Below, in pieces: positions 19,655-29,870 of a stretch of 64,000 nucleotides of DNA. The position numbers were made by a program, and so were the translations under genes. The stretch comes from Terrimicrobiaceae bacterium (lineage in GTDB: Bacteria > Verrucomicrobiota > Verrucomicrobiia > Chthoniobacterales > Terrimicrobiaceae): assembly GCA_044342325.1 (NCBI GenBank), contig JBIIPZ010000016.1, positions 1 to 64,000 on the forward strand, given 5' to 3'. The notes under the pieces were generated by a model, which worked only from the letters and a program-made list of their open reading frames with translations, made no database searches and was not told the DNA's origin. Position 1 is the stretch's first letter; every line of letters begins with the position of its first letter.

Positions 19655-20227
19655 ATGAACCCTTTTCTCCTGATCGCGATGCTGGCACTCGGCTGCGTGG
19701 TATGCTTTGGTGAACCGATGAACGAAGAAATCGCAGTCGTCGGAGGAGGATGTTTCTGGTGCGTGGAAGCGGTCTATCAAGGCAAGCCGGGTATCAAGTC
19801 GGTGGTAAGCGGCTACGCTGCGGGAAAAAATCCAAACCCGACTTACGAGGAGGTCTGCACCGGCCAGTCAGGCCACGCGGAAGTGGTGAAGATCTCTTAC
19901 GATCCCTCGGTGATTTCCTACGAGAAGATTATCGAACTCTTCTGGGATGCCCATGACCCAACAACGCTGAATCGGCAGGGTGCCGACCGGGGCACACAAT
20001 ATCGCTCGATCATCATCGCACAGAACCCAGCCCAGCGCTCATCAGCGGAGAAGTCCAAGGCCGATGCCCAAGCCCGGTTCCGCGATCCCATCGTCACCGA
20101 AATCATCGATGCGACGGAATTTTTCCCAGCTGAGAGCTACCATCAGGACTTCACAGCGAGAAACCCCAACCACCCGTATGTTCAGGCGGTGATTGCGCCC
20201 AAGCTTAAAAAGCTGAAAAACAAGTAG
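19655..20227 (+). CDS. msrA: Peptide-methionine (S)-S-oxide reductase with probable signal peptide
   Basis: GGCFWC, HDPTTLNRQGAD, AESYHQ. Confidence 0.96.
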   Translation: MNPFLLIAMLALGCVVCFGEPMNEEIAVVGGGCFWCVEAVYQGKPGIKSVVSGYAAGKNPNPTYEEVCTGQSGHAEVVKISYDPSVISYEKIIELFWDAHDPTTLNRQGADRGTQYRSIIIAQNPAQRSSAEKSKADAQARFRDPIVTEIIDATEFFPAESYHQDFTARNPNHPYVQAVIAPKLKKLKNK

Positions 20228-20322
20228 CGTTCTCGGATTGCGTCTTGACGGATGACGGATTGTCGAGAAAGTGCAGCCCTTTCAAATGTTGGGTGTTTCA
20301 TAGCCCTAGCGACAAATAATTG

Positions 20323-20425
20323 ACCACAGAGGACACAGGCAGCACAGAGAATGAGGTTTTTATTATAATTTTCAGAAGCGAATTGTCAGGGGCAACACTC
20401 CCGCTGCTTCCTGTCCTGTCTATGG
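20323..20425. repeat. Degenerate intergenic inverted repeat built of 9-bp CACAG units
   Basis: ACCACAGAG-GACACAGGC-AGCACAGAG (20323-20349) with an imperfect complement CTCCCGCTGCTTCCTGTCCTGTCTATGG (20398-20425). Confidence 0.5.
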
Positions 20426-20438
20426 AGATGATCTCAAA

Positions 20439-20684
20439 TTGAATATGGTCGTATATGTGAAATCAGGTTGTTTTTGGTGCTCCGATGCCATTTCGTGGCT
20501 TCAATCGAGAGGCATAGCACACACGGCGGTGGATGTTTTTGCAGATCGCTCAGCCTTTGATCGCATGAAGCAAATCTCAGGACAGACCAAGGCTCCCACG
20601 CTGGAGATGCCAGATGGCGAGGTGCTGGCGGATTTCGATGTGGCCCAATTGGAGCGGTTTTTGAAAGCAAGGGAGTCTCGATGA
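20439..20684 (+). CDS. Glutaredoxin family protein
   Basis: VYVKSGCFWC, ISGQTKAPT. Confidence 0.88.
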   Translation: MNMVVYVKSGCFWCSDAISWLQSRGIAHTAVDVFADRSAFDRMKQISGQTKAPTLEMPDGEVLADFDVAQLERFLKARESR

Positions 20685-21493
20685 TTTCGGAGCTTTGTGT
20701 TGTCGCTGCGGTGGGCGTTCTTTCGATTGCCCTGCGCAGCTTTCACAGTCAGGCCCTTTTTCGAATCGGCACATTCGGATTTATCGCGACATCCTTCCTC
20801 GCCGGATGGTTGCTCGGTGGCAGCATGGTTCTCGGAGCGGTTTTCGCATCCACATGGTTCCTGCTGCCGTGGTTGGAGATTCTCACGCGTGCGCGGCGAC
20901 TGCGTCTACCTTTGCACCGCCAGCTTGAAAAATGCCCTCCTCCGCCATCCAGCAAGTTTCCTGACTTCTCGAGTCTCTCGGATGAGATGGAGGGCTTGGG
21001 TTTTGAATACGCGGACGATGTGGACTGGTGTCACGACGAGACGCGACATTTCTACAGGCTTTTTTACAATGCCGAGAAGCGCACCTCGGCATCAATCTGC
21101 CTTCTCGAGCAGGATGGGTTTTCATTTTTCTATGTCACATTCACCTCACGCGCGGTGGATGGAAGAGTATTCATGACTTGGAACTATCCGTTTTCCTACG
21201 GCATGCATCTCCTTCCACAAACGATTCTGAACCGCGTGGATGAGGGACTGAGCGCGGAAGAGTTAGCCTTGTCGCACGCGGATTTTCTGGAAAATCAAAG
21301 CGTCTTGGAACTCACTCCTCTGGACGCAGAATTTCTCCGGATAGAGATCGAGAGGGATTTGCGAACACAACTGGAGCACAATATTGCCCGGGGAATTCTT
21401 GTGCGCGACAAGGATGAGATGATCCGCTACTCGGTGCGCGGAATGTTTTTCCTCTGGGGCCAGTTCTTGCGGGAATTCGTCAAATTTTCCTGA
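20681..21493 (+). CDS. Hypothetical membrane protein
   Basis: Hydrophobic N-terminal segments followed by a soluble domain; ATGA overlap with glutaredoxin. Confidence 0.75.
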   Translation: MISELCVVAAVGVLSIALRSFHSQALFRIGTFGFIATSFLAGWLLGGSMVLGAVFASTWFLLPWLEILTRARRLRLPLHRQLEKCPPPPSSKFPDFSSLSDEMEGLGFEYADDVDWCHDETRHFYRLFYNAEKRTSASICLLEQDGFSFFYVTFTSRAVDGRVFMTWNYPFSYGMHLLPQTILNRVDEGLSAEELALSHADFLENQSVLELTPLDAEFLRIEIERDLRTQLEHNIARGILVRDKDEMIRYSVRGMFFLWGQFLREFVKFS

Positions 21494-21502
21494 GCGACGA
21501 AA

Positions 21503-23914
21503 TCACTCGGGCGACTCGTTCCAGAACTTCTGGAAGGCTTCAGTCCAATCGCGAGTTTCAACGCGTGTGCGGCCAGATGCTCCCATATTCTTTCTCAGGT
21601 CGGCATCGATGGCGAGTTTGCGGATGGCTTCAGCCAGTTCGGAGGCATCCTGGCCCTTGGTGACAAAACCATCCACGCCGTTGGAGACTAGATCCCTCGG
21701 GCCGCCGATGTCCGAAACAATGACCGGAATGCCGCTGGCTTGCGCCTCGAGAATAACATTTCCAAAGGTATCGGTGGTGCTTGGGAAAACGAAAAAGTCC
21801 GCCGAAGCATACGCTCGGGCCAAATCCTCACCATCGAGGTAGCCTGTGAAAATGGCATCGCCAAGATGGCGCTTCATCTCCGACATATAGGGGCCATCAC
21901 CAACAATAATCGGCCTCACGGGCGTTTGAGACTCGGCAAGGCGTCGCGTGGCTGTCACCAAAAGATCGAGGTTTTTTTCCTTCGAAACCCTGCCGACAAA
22001 AAGCATGGCCAACTCGCCCTCGCGCAGGCCGCGAGCCTCCCAAAAACGCCGGTCGCGCTTGGAGGGATGGAAGAGGTGGGTATCAAGGCCTCGTGGCAAG
22101 ATGCGAAGGCGCTCGCGGGGAATCCCTCGCTCAATCCAGCATTTGCGGTAGTCCTCGGAATTCACATAAAGCACATCGAGTTGGTTGTAGAACCAGTGCA
22201 TGTAATTCCAAGTCAGCGTCTCCATGAAAGAGTCGTCCGTAAGGATGCGGACATACTGCGGGAAGTCAGTGTGGTAGATGCCGACCGCGCGCAGGCCGAG
22301 CATTTTGGCGGCTGCCAAGGCGCAGAGACCGGTGGGACCCGGCGTGCTGATGATCAGCTCCGAAAAACCTCCCCGCTCGAGATGATCAAAAATCTGGAGC
22401 ACTGGCGGAAAGCTGAGGCGTTGCAACTCATACTCGGGAAGTTCGAATTCACCAATGGGCTCGAAATTTTTCAGAGGAACCCCGTGGTCAGCGATCTCCG
22501 AGCGGCAGGTCATGATTGTGACATCGTGGCCAGCTGCCACGCCGGCCGCCGTCATTTTGCGAATCGTGGTCGCAACGCCGTTCACGTCCTCAAGCGTATC
22601 TGTGAACCATGCCCGCTTCTTGTTTTTCAAAAGCTCGGGCACCTTGCCCGCGATGGGAAGTGCTGTCTGCCTCAACCAGTCGCGCTTCGGAAGGCGGAAG
22701 GCGTGAATGTAGGGGCTGAGCAAGGCCACGACTGGAGCAAGAGGGATGATGGTCTGGATGCTTTCGAGGAATTTGCCTTTGGAGATCTGTTGAATGAACT
22801 CGGTGACGAGCCGGTAGCCGATTTTGTTGGCGATGAGATTCGCCATAAGAAAGGCGCGCCGTTCCGCCTCGGCGATTCCGGCTGTATCCCGTGCCATGGC
22901 GGCCTTGAGTTCGGGTTGATTGAGCGCCTCCGAGAGTTGCTTCCAGAGCGACATGTTGCCGGACTTGGCGATTTCAAAAATTTTACCCGTCAGAATGCCC
23001 TGCGTGAGAAATCCAAACTTATCCAAAAGGGAGAACTCCGTCGGGTCGCGTCCCTCCATGAAACGCGAGGTGATTTTTTCAAGAAGAACGGATGTCGGAT
23101 CGCCCGGTTTCAAAGGAAGGCGCGCCTTGGCATATTCGATGGCCGTGCTGTAGGTGCCGTGGGCCATCGCGAGAGGCGTGCCAGGCTGTCCAACGCCCTC
23201 GCAGCAACCTGTGCGGATGTTTTCCAAAAAGGCGAAGGCATCGGCAGCAGCGGGCGTTTCGGTAAATGCAACTGCCGGACTCGTGCCTCCTTGGTCATCG
23301 GATCCGCCGGTGAAAACTTTTTTCCATGGCTCAGGATGCGTCGGAGAAATGCCTGTCCGGGCGTTGAACACCTCGATCTGACGCGGAGTCAGTGAGCTCA
23401 GGACCTCACGCGCGGTTTGGCTCAACAACCCGCAGTAGCGGCCATTAACAGACTCAAAATGCCGGAAGAGGAGGATGAGCTTTTGCAGATGCAGCTCGGT
23501 GAGTTTGCCATTCACGCTGTGAAACGGGTGGGCCACCGAATGCGCGATGTTTTCCGAGAATAGATACTTTTGCAGGTCGTAGATACTCTCCCTCGCCTGC
23601 TGAATGTCATGGTGCTGAGACTCCGTGATGCCCCAGACCAAAAGGTGCACGCGGCAATCATCCTCGGGAAAAACGGTGGAGACCTCCTCGCCGATGATCA
23701 CATCCGGCAGGTGGGCAATTTCGAGGCAACCATTGATGCTGTTTTGATCCGTGAGCGTTACGAAGCGCATGCCCGCAGCCCGAAGTTTGCTGTGGAGTTC
23801 AAAGGGATCGGAAGCGCTGGCAGGAAAATCCAGACGCCGCAAAACCCAGTCCGCAGCCCGGTCACTGTGTCGGGAGTGGATGTGCAGATCGGCGCGTGTT
23901 GTGGAACGACTCAT
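21503..23914 (-). CDS. PHP-domain / GT4 glycosyltransferase fusion
   Basis: N-terminal DLHIHS, TLTD, GEE, VAHP, GGSD; C-terminal DVNGVA, YHTDFP, GRVSKEKN, DTFGNVILEAQASG. Confidence 0.9.
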   Translation of the reverse strand: MSRSTTRADLHIHSRHSDRAADWVLRRLDFPASASDPFELHSKLRAAGMRFVTLTDQNSINGCLEIAHLPDVIIGEEVSTVFPEDDCRVHLLVWGITESQHHDIQQARESIYDLQKYLFSENIAHSVAHPFHSVNGKLTELHLQKLILLFRHFESVNGRYCGLLSQTAREVLSSLTPRQIEVFNARTGISPTHPEPWKKVFTGGSDDQGGTSPAVAFTETPAAADAFAFLENIRTGCCEGVGQPGTPLAMAHGTYSTAIEYAKARLPLKPGDPTSVLLEKITSRFMEGRDPTEFSLLDKFGFLTQGILTGKIFEIAKSGNMSLWKQLSEALNQPELKAAMARDTAGIAEAERRAFLMANLIANKIGYRLVTEFIQQISKGKFLESIQTIIPLAPVVALLSPYIHAFRLPKRDWLRQTALPIAGKVPELLKNKKRAWFTDTLEDVNGVATTIRKMTAAGVAAGHDVTIMTCRSEIADHGVPLKNFEPIGEFELPEYELQRLSFPPVLQIFDHLERGGFSELIISTPGPTGLCALAAAKMLGLRAVGIYHTDFPQYVRILTDDSFMETLTWNYMHWFYNQLDVLYVNSEDYRKCWIERGIPRERLRILPRGLDTHLFHPSKRDRRFWEARGLREGELAMLFVGRVSKEKNLDLLVTATRRLAESQTPVRPIIVGDGPYMSEMKRHLGDAIFTGYLDGEDLARAYASADFFVFPSTTDTFGNVILEAQASGIPVIVSDIGGPRDLVSNGVDGFVTKGQDASELAEAIRKLAIDADLRKNMGASGRTRVETRDWTEAFQKFWNESPE

Positions 23915-24660
23915 TCTTGTCCTCGCATGCTGGCGAGCCATTGCTGATATGTCATTGCACGCCTTCCCGCAAGAGCGGCGGAGGTGAGTTTTAAAATCTG
24001 ATCCCGGATCGCGGCATGATCCCAGTCAGGCGGATGAATGCCTACGCGTAGAAGCGGAGCGTCCCGGAGGGTCAGCGCAAGAAGACGATTCCATGCCAGA
24101 CTGCACACACGACGCCATGCCGCCCGCACGCTCCAGACAAGGCTGCGCGCACTGTGGACATCGCCACTCTTGAAATCGCTCACTGTCGCAATTCGTGTGG
24201 TGTATTCAAAACCGAGATTACGAACCGCGCATTCTGCGTCATCTCCTAATAGCCACGCCGGAGCGATGAATCCGGTAGCGGCAACTCCGCACGCAGTAAA
24301 TTCCGACATGCCCGACTTCAATCTCTCGCGGGCCTCCGTTTCACTCAAATCGAAGAACTCCCCCTCACCCGCAGTGTAGGATTGGGTGACCATTTTTTTA
24401 AAAACACCATCCGCCGCCTGCTGTTCCCTTAGGTGGTAGTAGCCGTGCAGAACAGGCTCATGCCCGGCTGCAACCCTCTCCCGCAACCACTCGGCGAATG
24501 TGGCATTCATCGAGATCCGCCCTCTCCTATGGTGGTCAGGAATGACGAGCAGGGATGTCGAGGCACAGCCGATTTTTTTTAAATCGTCGAGGATCTGCTG
24601 CGTCTTCTGGAGAGTGAGCGGACTCACATCGTGAATGGATACCACCAGACCGCGATTCAT
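23911..24660 (-). CDS. DUF2334 / polysaccharide deacetylase-like protein
   Basis: VSIHDVSP, LHGYYH, GEGEF, GFIAPAW, RVGIHPPD; stop overlaps the glycosyltransferase start. Confidence 0.85.
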   Translation of the reverse strand: MNRGLVVSIHDVSPLTLQKTQQILDDLKKIGCASTSLLVIPDHHRRGRISMNATFAEWLRERVAAGHEPVLHGYYHLREQQAADGVFKKMVTQSYTAGEGEFFDLSETEARERLKSGMSEFTACGVAATGFIAPAWLLGDDAECAVRNLGFEYTTRIATVSDFKSGDVHSARSLVWSVRAAWRRVCSLAWNRLLALTLRDAPLLRVGIHPPDWDHAAIRDQILKLTSAALAGRRAMTYQQWLASMRGQE

Positions 24661-24710
24661 AAGTGTTTTTTGCATTTGCCAAGACGGCATCTTGCGCGAA
24701 GCTTACGGCA

Positions 24711-26759
24711 ATGTCAGACGAAAACCAGAAGCCATCAAACGACAACCGCCAACGTCAAGGCGGAGGTCAGGACCCTCAACTCAACTGGCGCGGCCTCGTG
24801 CTATTCGCCATCGCCTTTGCTCTCATAGGCGGTGCGTTTTTATTCCGAGGAAACAATCTCGCTCAAATCCAGCAAATCCAGTATCCGAGATTCATTCAAT
24901 TGGTGAAGCAAGGGAAGCTCGTCGTCAGTCCCGAGTCGCCCCTTCAGCTCGTCGTGGAGGAGGGCCGCAACACGCAATATTTCGAGGGCAAATTCAAACT
25001 TCCGTCACCAACAACCGGCGAGGAAGTTCCCGTTTCCTTCAACACGCCGATTTTCACACAATTCAACGGATCCGAAATCGAGCAGGCTCTCAGCGAAGCT
25101 GGGATCACTCCAGCGATCACTCCAAAGTCTGATCTCCTCGCATCGGCCATCGTTAGCTTCCTGCCGATCGTCTTTTTCCTCGTCATCCTCTATTTCTTCT
25201 TCCGCTCGCAGATCAAAATGGCGGGCAAGGGCGCGTTGAACTTTGGCAAGTCCAAGGCTCGAATGCTTTCGAAGGATAAAAACCGCATCACCTTCAAAGA
25301 TGTCGCCGGCGTCGAGGAGGCAAAAGACGAGGTTCAAGAACTGGTGGAGTTTTTGAAGGATCCCAAGAAGTTCCAAAAACTCGGCGGCCGCATTCCCAAG
25401 GGCATCCTCATGGTAGGCTCCCCGGGAACCGGCAAAACCCTCCTTGCCCGCGCCATCGCTGGCGAAGCGGATGTGCCCTTCTTCTCGATCAGCGGTTCGG
25501 ACTTTGTGGAAATGTTTGTCGGCGTCGGCGCCTCTCGCGTTCGCGATATGTTCGAGCAGGGCAAAAAATCCGCACCCTGCCTTATGTTCATTGACGAAAT
25601 CGACGCGGTGGGTCGCCATCGCGGACACGGCATGGGCGGTGGACACGACGAGCGCGAGCAAACGCTCAACCAGCTCCTCGTGGAAATGGACGGCTTCGAT
25701 ACCCAGGAAGGCGTCATCATTATTGCAGCAACAAATCGCCCGGATGTCCTCGACCCCGCGCTCCTGCGTCCAGGCCGCTTCGACCGCCAAGTCACCGTAG
25801 CGCTGCCTGATGTGAAAGGCCGCGAAGAAATCCTTAAAGTGCATGCCAAGAAAGTGAAAATCGCCGAAGGCGTAACCCTCGCCGTGCTGGCCCGTGGCAC
25901 GCCCGGATACTCCGGTGCGGAACTGGCAAATGTTCTTAACGAGGCCGCGCTTCTCGCCGCGAGAAAGGGCCTCAAGGCCGTGACCATGCGCGAACTCGAA
26001 GAAGCGCGTGACAAGGTGCGCTGGGGCAAGGAACGCCGCAGCATGGCCATGAGCGAACGGGAAAAAATCTCCACCGCATGGCACGAGGCTGGTCACGCCA
26101 TCCTGAATGTCCTCCTTGAGCACACCAGCCCGCTTCACAAGGTGACCATCATTCCGCGTGGTCCTTATCTCGGTGCCACTATGTATCTGCCCGAGGGGGA
26201 CAAATATTCGACCCAGCAAAAAGAGGCACTCGACCTCCTTGCGGTTACCATGGGGGGACGCATTGCCGAAGAGATGTTCACCAAAGACATCTCAAACGGT
26301 GCCTCAGGCGATATCCGTCAAGCCACCAGCCTCGCCCGCAAGATGGTTTGCGAATGGGGCATGAGCTCACTCGGAATGATTAGCTTTGCCGATGGCGGCG
26401 AGCATGTCTTTTTGGCCCGCGACATTTCCCGCCCTCGCGAATACAGCGAACACACCGCGCAGCAAATCGACACCGAGGTGAAGCGCATCATCGATGAAGC
26501 CTATGAACGGGCCCGCGTGCTTCTCGAAGAACGCCGCCAGGCCGTGGAGACCCTCGCCAAAGCCCTGCTCGAATACGAAACCCTCGATGCCTCGCATGTG
26601 AAGGAAATCCTCGACCACGGAAACATCCAGAACCCGCCAATCGTGGAGGTCGCTCCTCCACCCTTGCCGCCACCGCCCTCCGACTCCGCACACGAGCCGC
26701 AGGCGCCCATTAAGCCGGAGTTTCCATCCGGAGGTCTACCAGCCGCAGCACCTGCGTAG
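24711..26759 (+). CDS. ftsH: ATP-dependent zinc metalloprotease FtsH
   Basis: Two TM segments, [28 protein letters not shown]. Confidence 0.98.
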   Translation: MSDENQKPSNDNRQRQGGGQDPQLNWRGLVLFAIAFALIGGAFLFRGNNLAQIQQIQYPRFIQLVKQGKLVVSPESPLQLVVEEGRNTQYFEGKFKLPSPTTGEEVPVSFNTPIFTQFNGSEIEQALSEAGITPAITPKSDLLASAIVSFLPIVFFLVILYFFFRSQIKMAGKGALNFGKSKARMLSKDKNRITFKDVAGVEEAKDEVQELVEFLKDPKKFQKLGGRIPKGILMVGSPGTGKTLLARAIAGEADVPFFSISGSDFVEMFVGVGASRVRDMFEQGKKSAPCLMFIDEIDAVGRHRGHGMGGGHDEREQTLNQLLVEMDGFDTQEGVIIIAATNRPDVLDPALLRPGRFDRQVTVALPDVKGREEILKVHAKKVKIAEGVTLAVLARGTPGYSGAELANVLNEAALLAARKGLKAVTMRELEEARDKVRWGKERRSMAMSEREKISTAWHEAGHAILNVLLEHTSPLHKVTIIPRGPYLGATMYLPEGDKYSTQQKEALDLLAVTMGGRIAEEMFTKDISNGASGDIRQATSLARKMVCEWGMSSLGMISFADGGEHVFLARDISRPREYSEHTAQQIDTEVKRIIDEAYERARVLLEERRQAVETLAKALLEYETLDASHVKEILDHGNIQNPPIVEVAPPPLPPPPSDSAHEPQAPIKPEFPSGGLPAAAPA

Positions 26760-26801
26760 TCACGACGAGCTTCCAAGCGCTCCTTTGTATCGAAGTTCAG
26801 A

Positions 26802-27140
26802 ATGAATCCAACCGATGCCGGTTTTTCAAAAATGGGCATCGAAACTGCGCAGCGGCATATTTTCCTCTGCGTGGGACCGGATTGCTGCGCTGAAAGCCAG
26901 GGGCTTGAGACATGGGAGCTTTTGAAGCAGCGCATCAAAAAGCTTGGAATTCCGGTCTTGCGAACAAAGGCTGCATGTTTCCGAATCTGCTGCAAGGGCC
27001 CATGGATGCTCATCTATCCAGAGGGCATCTGGTATGGCGAAGTGACTCCAGCACGATGCGAACGCATCATCGAGGAGCACTTGATTGGAAATGCGCCAAT
27101 CCAGGAATGGGTCGTCCGCGAGCACCCGCTTGCTGAGTGA
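26802..27140 (+). CDS. Thioredoxin-like [2Fe-2S] ferredoxin
   Basis: HIFLC...CC, ACFRICCKGP, YPEGIWY. Confidence 0.9.
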   Translation: MNPTDAGFSKMGIETAQRHIFLCVGPDCCAESQGLETWELLKQRIKKLGIPVLRTKAACFRICCKGPWMLIYPEGIWYGEVTPARCERIIEEHLIGNAPIQEWVVREHPLAE

Positions 27141-27231
27141 ATCTTCCCCCAGCAACGGATTGTCAGGGCAATGGACTCCTGTCATTTCTCTGCAATGTCC
27201 TTTTTAAAATTTGAACTGAAGACCCGCTGAT

Positions 27232-28842
27232 ATGCTTACCATCCGAAATCTCAAAAAATCCCACGGCGGCCGACTGCTTTTCGAAGAAGCCGACATGCAA
27301 GTCAACTATGGCGAGCGCATCGCCTTGGTCGGCCCCAACGGCGCCGGCAAATCCACGCTTTTTTCGCTCATTTTGAAAAAGGACGAACCGGATGACGGAA
27401 CGGTTCAACGCGATGAATGGACGACCCTCGGCTACCTGCCTCAGGAGGCTGAGGCTGTGCATTCCGAGACGGCTCTCGACATCGCCTGCGGGCGCGCGGG
27501 CGAACTTCAAGCACTCGAAAAACAACTCGCCGCGCTCGAAGCCGCAGGAAATGTCGAAGGGGCAGAATACCTCGAGGCCCACGCCAAACACGAGGCGCTC
27601 AGCAGTTCGCATGTCGAGGCGAAGGCAAAGAAAATGCTCACCGGCCTCGGCTATCGCGAGTCCGACTGGAGTCGTCCCGCACGAGAACTGAGTGGTGGAT
27701 GGGTGATGCGTGCCCACCTCGCGCGACTTCTGGTTATGGAGCCCGACCTTCTGCTCCTCGACGAACCAACCAACCACCTTGACCTCCTATCCCTTCTCTG
27801 GCTGCAGCAGTATTTGAAAACCTGCTCCAGTGCACTTTTGCTAATCTCCCACGATTTGGAGTTCATGGATGCCCTCATCGACGGCGTTTACGAAATCGCG
27901 AATCCCAAGCTCATCCACTACAAGGGAAACTATTCCGCCGCCATGGAGCAGCGAGAGCGCAACTACGAAATCCAAGCCGCGGCTTACAAAAACCAGCAAA
28001 AAGAAATCACCGCACTACAGGAATTCGCCGACCGCTTCCGGTCCGTCTCCTCGAAAGCCGCCCAAGCCCAGAGCAAGCTGAAGCAGATCGAGAGGATGGA
28101 AAAAGTCGAGCGCCCCGAACCTCCGAAGAAACCCTTCCGTTTCCGAATCCCCCAGCCCGAGCGCGGTGGACAACGCGCTGCCATGCTCGAGGGAGTCCAG
28201 ATGGCCTACGGCGATCATGTTGTTTACCGCAACCTCGATCTCCTTATCGAGCGCGGTGAGCGGGTCGCCCTCGTTGGACCAAACGGAGCCGGCAAGTCCA
28301 CGCTCGTTAAAATCCTCGCCGGCGTGGTGGAGTTTCAAAAAGGCAAATGCGCGTTCGGCAGCAATTCCAAGATCGGCTACTTCAGCCAGCATCGCGCTGC
28401 CACGCTCAATCCGAACCACTCCCTGCTCGACGAGATCCTTTCTTCAAACGGAACCCTGCGCGAAGACGAGGCCCGCAGCATTCTTGGCTCGTTCCTCTTC
28501 AAGCGTGACGACATCCATAAAAAAACAGCTGTCCTCAGCGGCGGAGAAAAGACCCGCCTCAACCTCGTGAAGTTTCTGGTGAATCCCCCGAACCTTCTCC
28601 TCATGGACGAACCAACGACTCACCTCGATATCCTGACCGTGGAGTCCCTTGTGCTCGCACTCGAAGCCTACGAAGGCACGCTGGTCTTCATCTCGCATGA
28701 TGTCCACTTCATCCGCAAACTTGCCAACCGCGTCCTCCACATCAATGCGGGACAGGTCAACTCCTACCCTGGCGGCTACGATTACTTCCTCGAAAAATCC
28801 GGCCTCCTCGGCTCCGAGCGCTTCGCCCTCACTGCGGAATAG
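27232..28842 (+). CDS. ABC-F family ATPase
   Basis: Two ABC domains (GPNGAGKST twice; LSGGW, LSGGE; DEPT) and no TM segments. Confidence 0.95.
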   Translation: MLTIRNLKKSHGGRLLFEEADMQVNYGERIALVGPNGAGKSTLFSLILKKDEPDDGTVQRDEWTTLGYLPQEAEAVHSETALDIACGRAGELQALEKQLAALEAAGNVEGAEYLEAHAKHEALSSSHVEAKAKKMLTGLGYRESDWSRPARELSGGWVMRAHLARLLVMEPDLLLLDEPTNHLDLLSLLWLQQYLKTCSSALLLISHDLEFMDALIDGVYEIANPKLIHYKGNYSAAMEQRERNYEIQAAAYKNQQKEITALQEFADRFRSVSSKAAQAQSKLKQIERMEKVERPEPPKKPFRFRIPQPERGGQRAAMLEGVQMAYGDHVVYRNLDLLIERGERVALVGPNGAGKSTLVKILAGVVEFQKGKCAFGSNSKIGYFSQHRAATLNPNHSLLDEILSSNGTLREDEARSILGSFLFKRDDIHKKTAVLSGGEKTRLNLVKFLVNPPNLLLMDEPTTHLDILTVESLVLALEAYEGTLVFISHDVHFIRKLANRVLHINAGQVNSYPGGYDYFLEKSGLLGSERFALTAE

Positions 28843-28879
28843 AAACGCGTTTGACAGCTTCACATTCGCACCGAGCGTC

Positions 28880-29809
28880 ATGAGAATGAAAATTTTCGCA
28901 CTCCTGCTTGCTCTCTGTGTTTCCGCACAGGCGACATCAATTCCCGAGTTTCAGCAACGCTTGCCAATGGAGGTCGTTTTTAAAGGCGGAGAAAAATTCC
29001 AGCGCTTGGTTAAGCAAGCTCAACGCGAAAACTGGGCAGCCTTGCCGATCGGCGAACGCACAGCAAGAGTCGGAAAGGCCCTGCTTGGGACGCCGTATGT
29101 GAACTACACACTAGAGATTCATGACCGCATCGAATCGCCATCCGTGAATTTTCAAGGTTTGGATTGCTGGACATTTTATGAAGTCTCCCTCGCCTTTGCG
29201 CGCATGCTGCGCCTGAAGACAAGCGATTACACGCCAGAAGACCTCCTCGCCCTTGTGGAACTCGAGCGATACCGCAACGGCCGCTGCGACGGCGGGTATC
29301 TCAGCCGGATGCACTTCTTGGAGGAGGTCTTTGCCGATAACGAAACTCGAGGACTCTCGGTGAACCCCACACGCGATCTCGGCGGCGAGCCGATTCAACG
29401 CCAAATCCGGGAAATGACATCTTCCTGGAAAAGCTACCGCTACCTCCGGAGCAACACCGCCCTTTTGCCCGAGATGGGACGCATCCAGGAAAAGGTATCC
29501 GCCCTGCCCGTCCACCACATCCCCAAGGATCAAGTGGCCTCAATCGAGAAATATATCCACACCGGCGACATTATCGCGATTACCTGCCGGGACAGCTCCG
29601 CCTACACATCCCATGTGGGTATCGCCGTGCGCAAAGCCGACGGAACCCACTTCATGCACGCCACATCGCGACGCGACAAAGGCCGCAAAGTCGTTCTGGA
29701 CGGCCGAATTTCCGACTATCTCAAACGCTCCGACGAGCACTTCGGAATCGTTATCTACCGCCCGTTGGACCTCCCCGCTGTCTCGCGGAATGTGGCCACG
29801 GCGCAGTAA
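28880..29809 (+). CDS. DUF1460 family exported amidase-like (NlpC/P60-type) protein
   Basis: Signal peptide, LLGTPY, GLDCWTFYE, SHVGIA, FMHATS. Confidence 0.85.
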   Translation: MRMKIFALLLALCVSAQATSIPEFQQRLPMEVVFKGGEKFQRLVKQAQRENWAALPIGERTARVGKALLGTPYVNYTLEIHDRIESPSVNFQGLDCWTFYEVSLAFARMLRLKTSDYTPEDLLALVELERYRNGRCDGGYLSRMHFLEEVFADNETRGLSVNPTRDLGGEPIQRQIREMTSSWKSYRYLRSNTALLPEMGRIQEKVSALPVHHIPKDQVASIEKYIHTGDIIAITCRDSSAYTSHVGIAVRKADGTHFMHATSRRDKGRKVVLDGRISDYLKRSDEHFGIVIYRPLDLPAVSRNVATAQ

Positions 29810-29870
29810 GTTTCCAGTCAGCGGCATTTTTCTTTTTGATGCCCACCGGCGCAACTAAACTGGCCTCTAC

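Noticed and set aside
20245..20320. Possible small structured RNA after msrA (TTGTCG...CGACAA closing stem)
   Set aside because: Stems are short and match no RNA family I can recognise; could simply be promoter sequence
21740..23395. 551-aa plus-strand ORF
   Set aside because: Antisense shadow of the PHP-GT4 gene, expected in GC-rich coding DNA
25005..26219. 404-aa minus-strand ORF (and similar 43832..45067)
   Set aside because: Antisense shadows of ftsH and cfa
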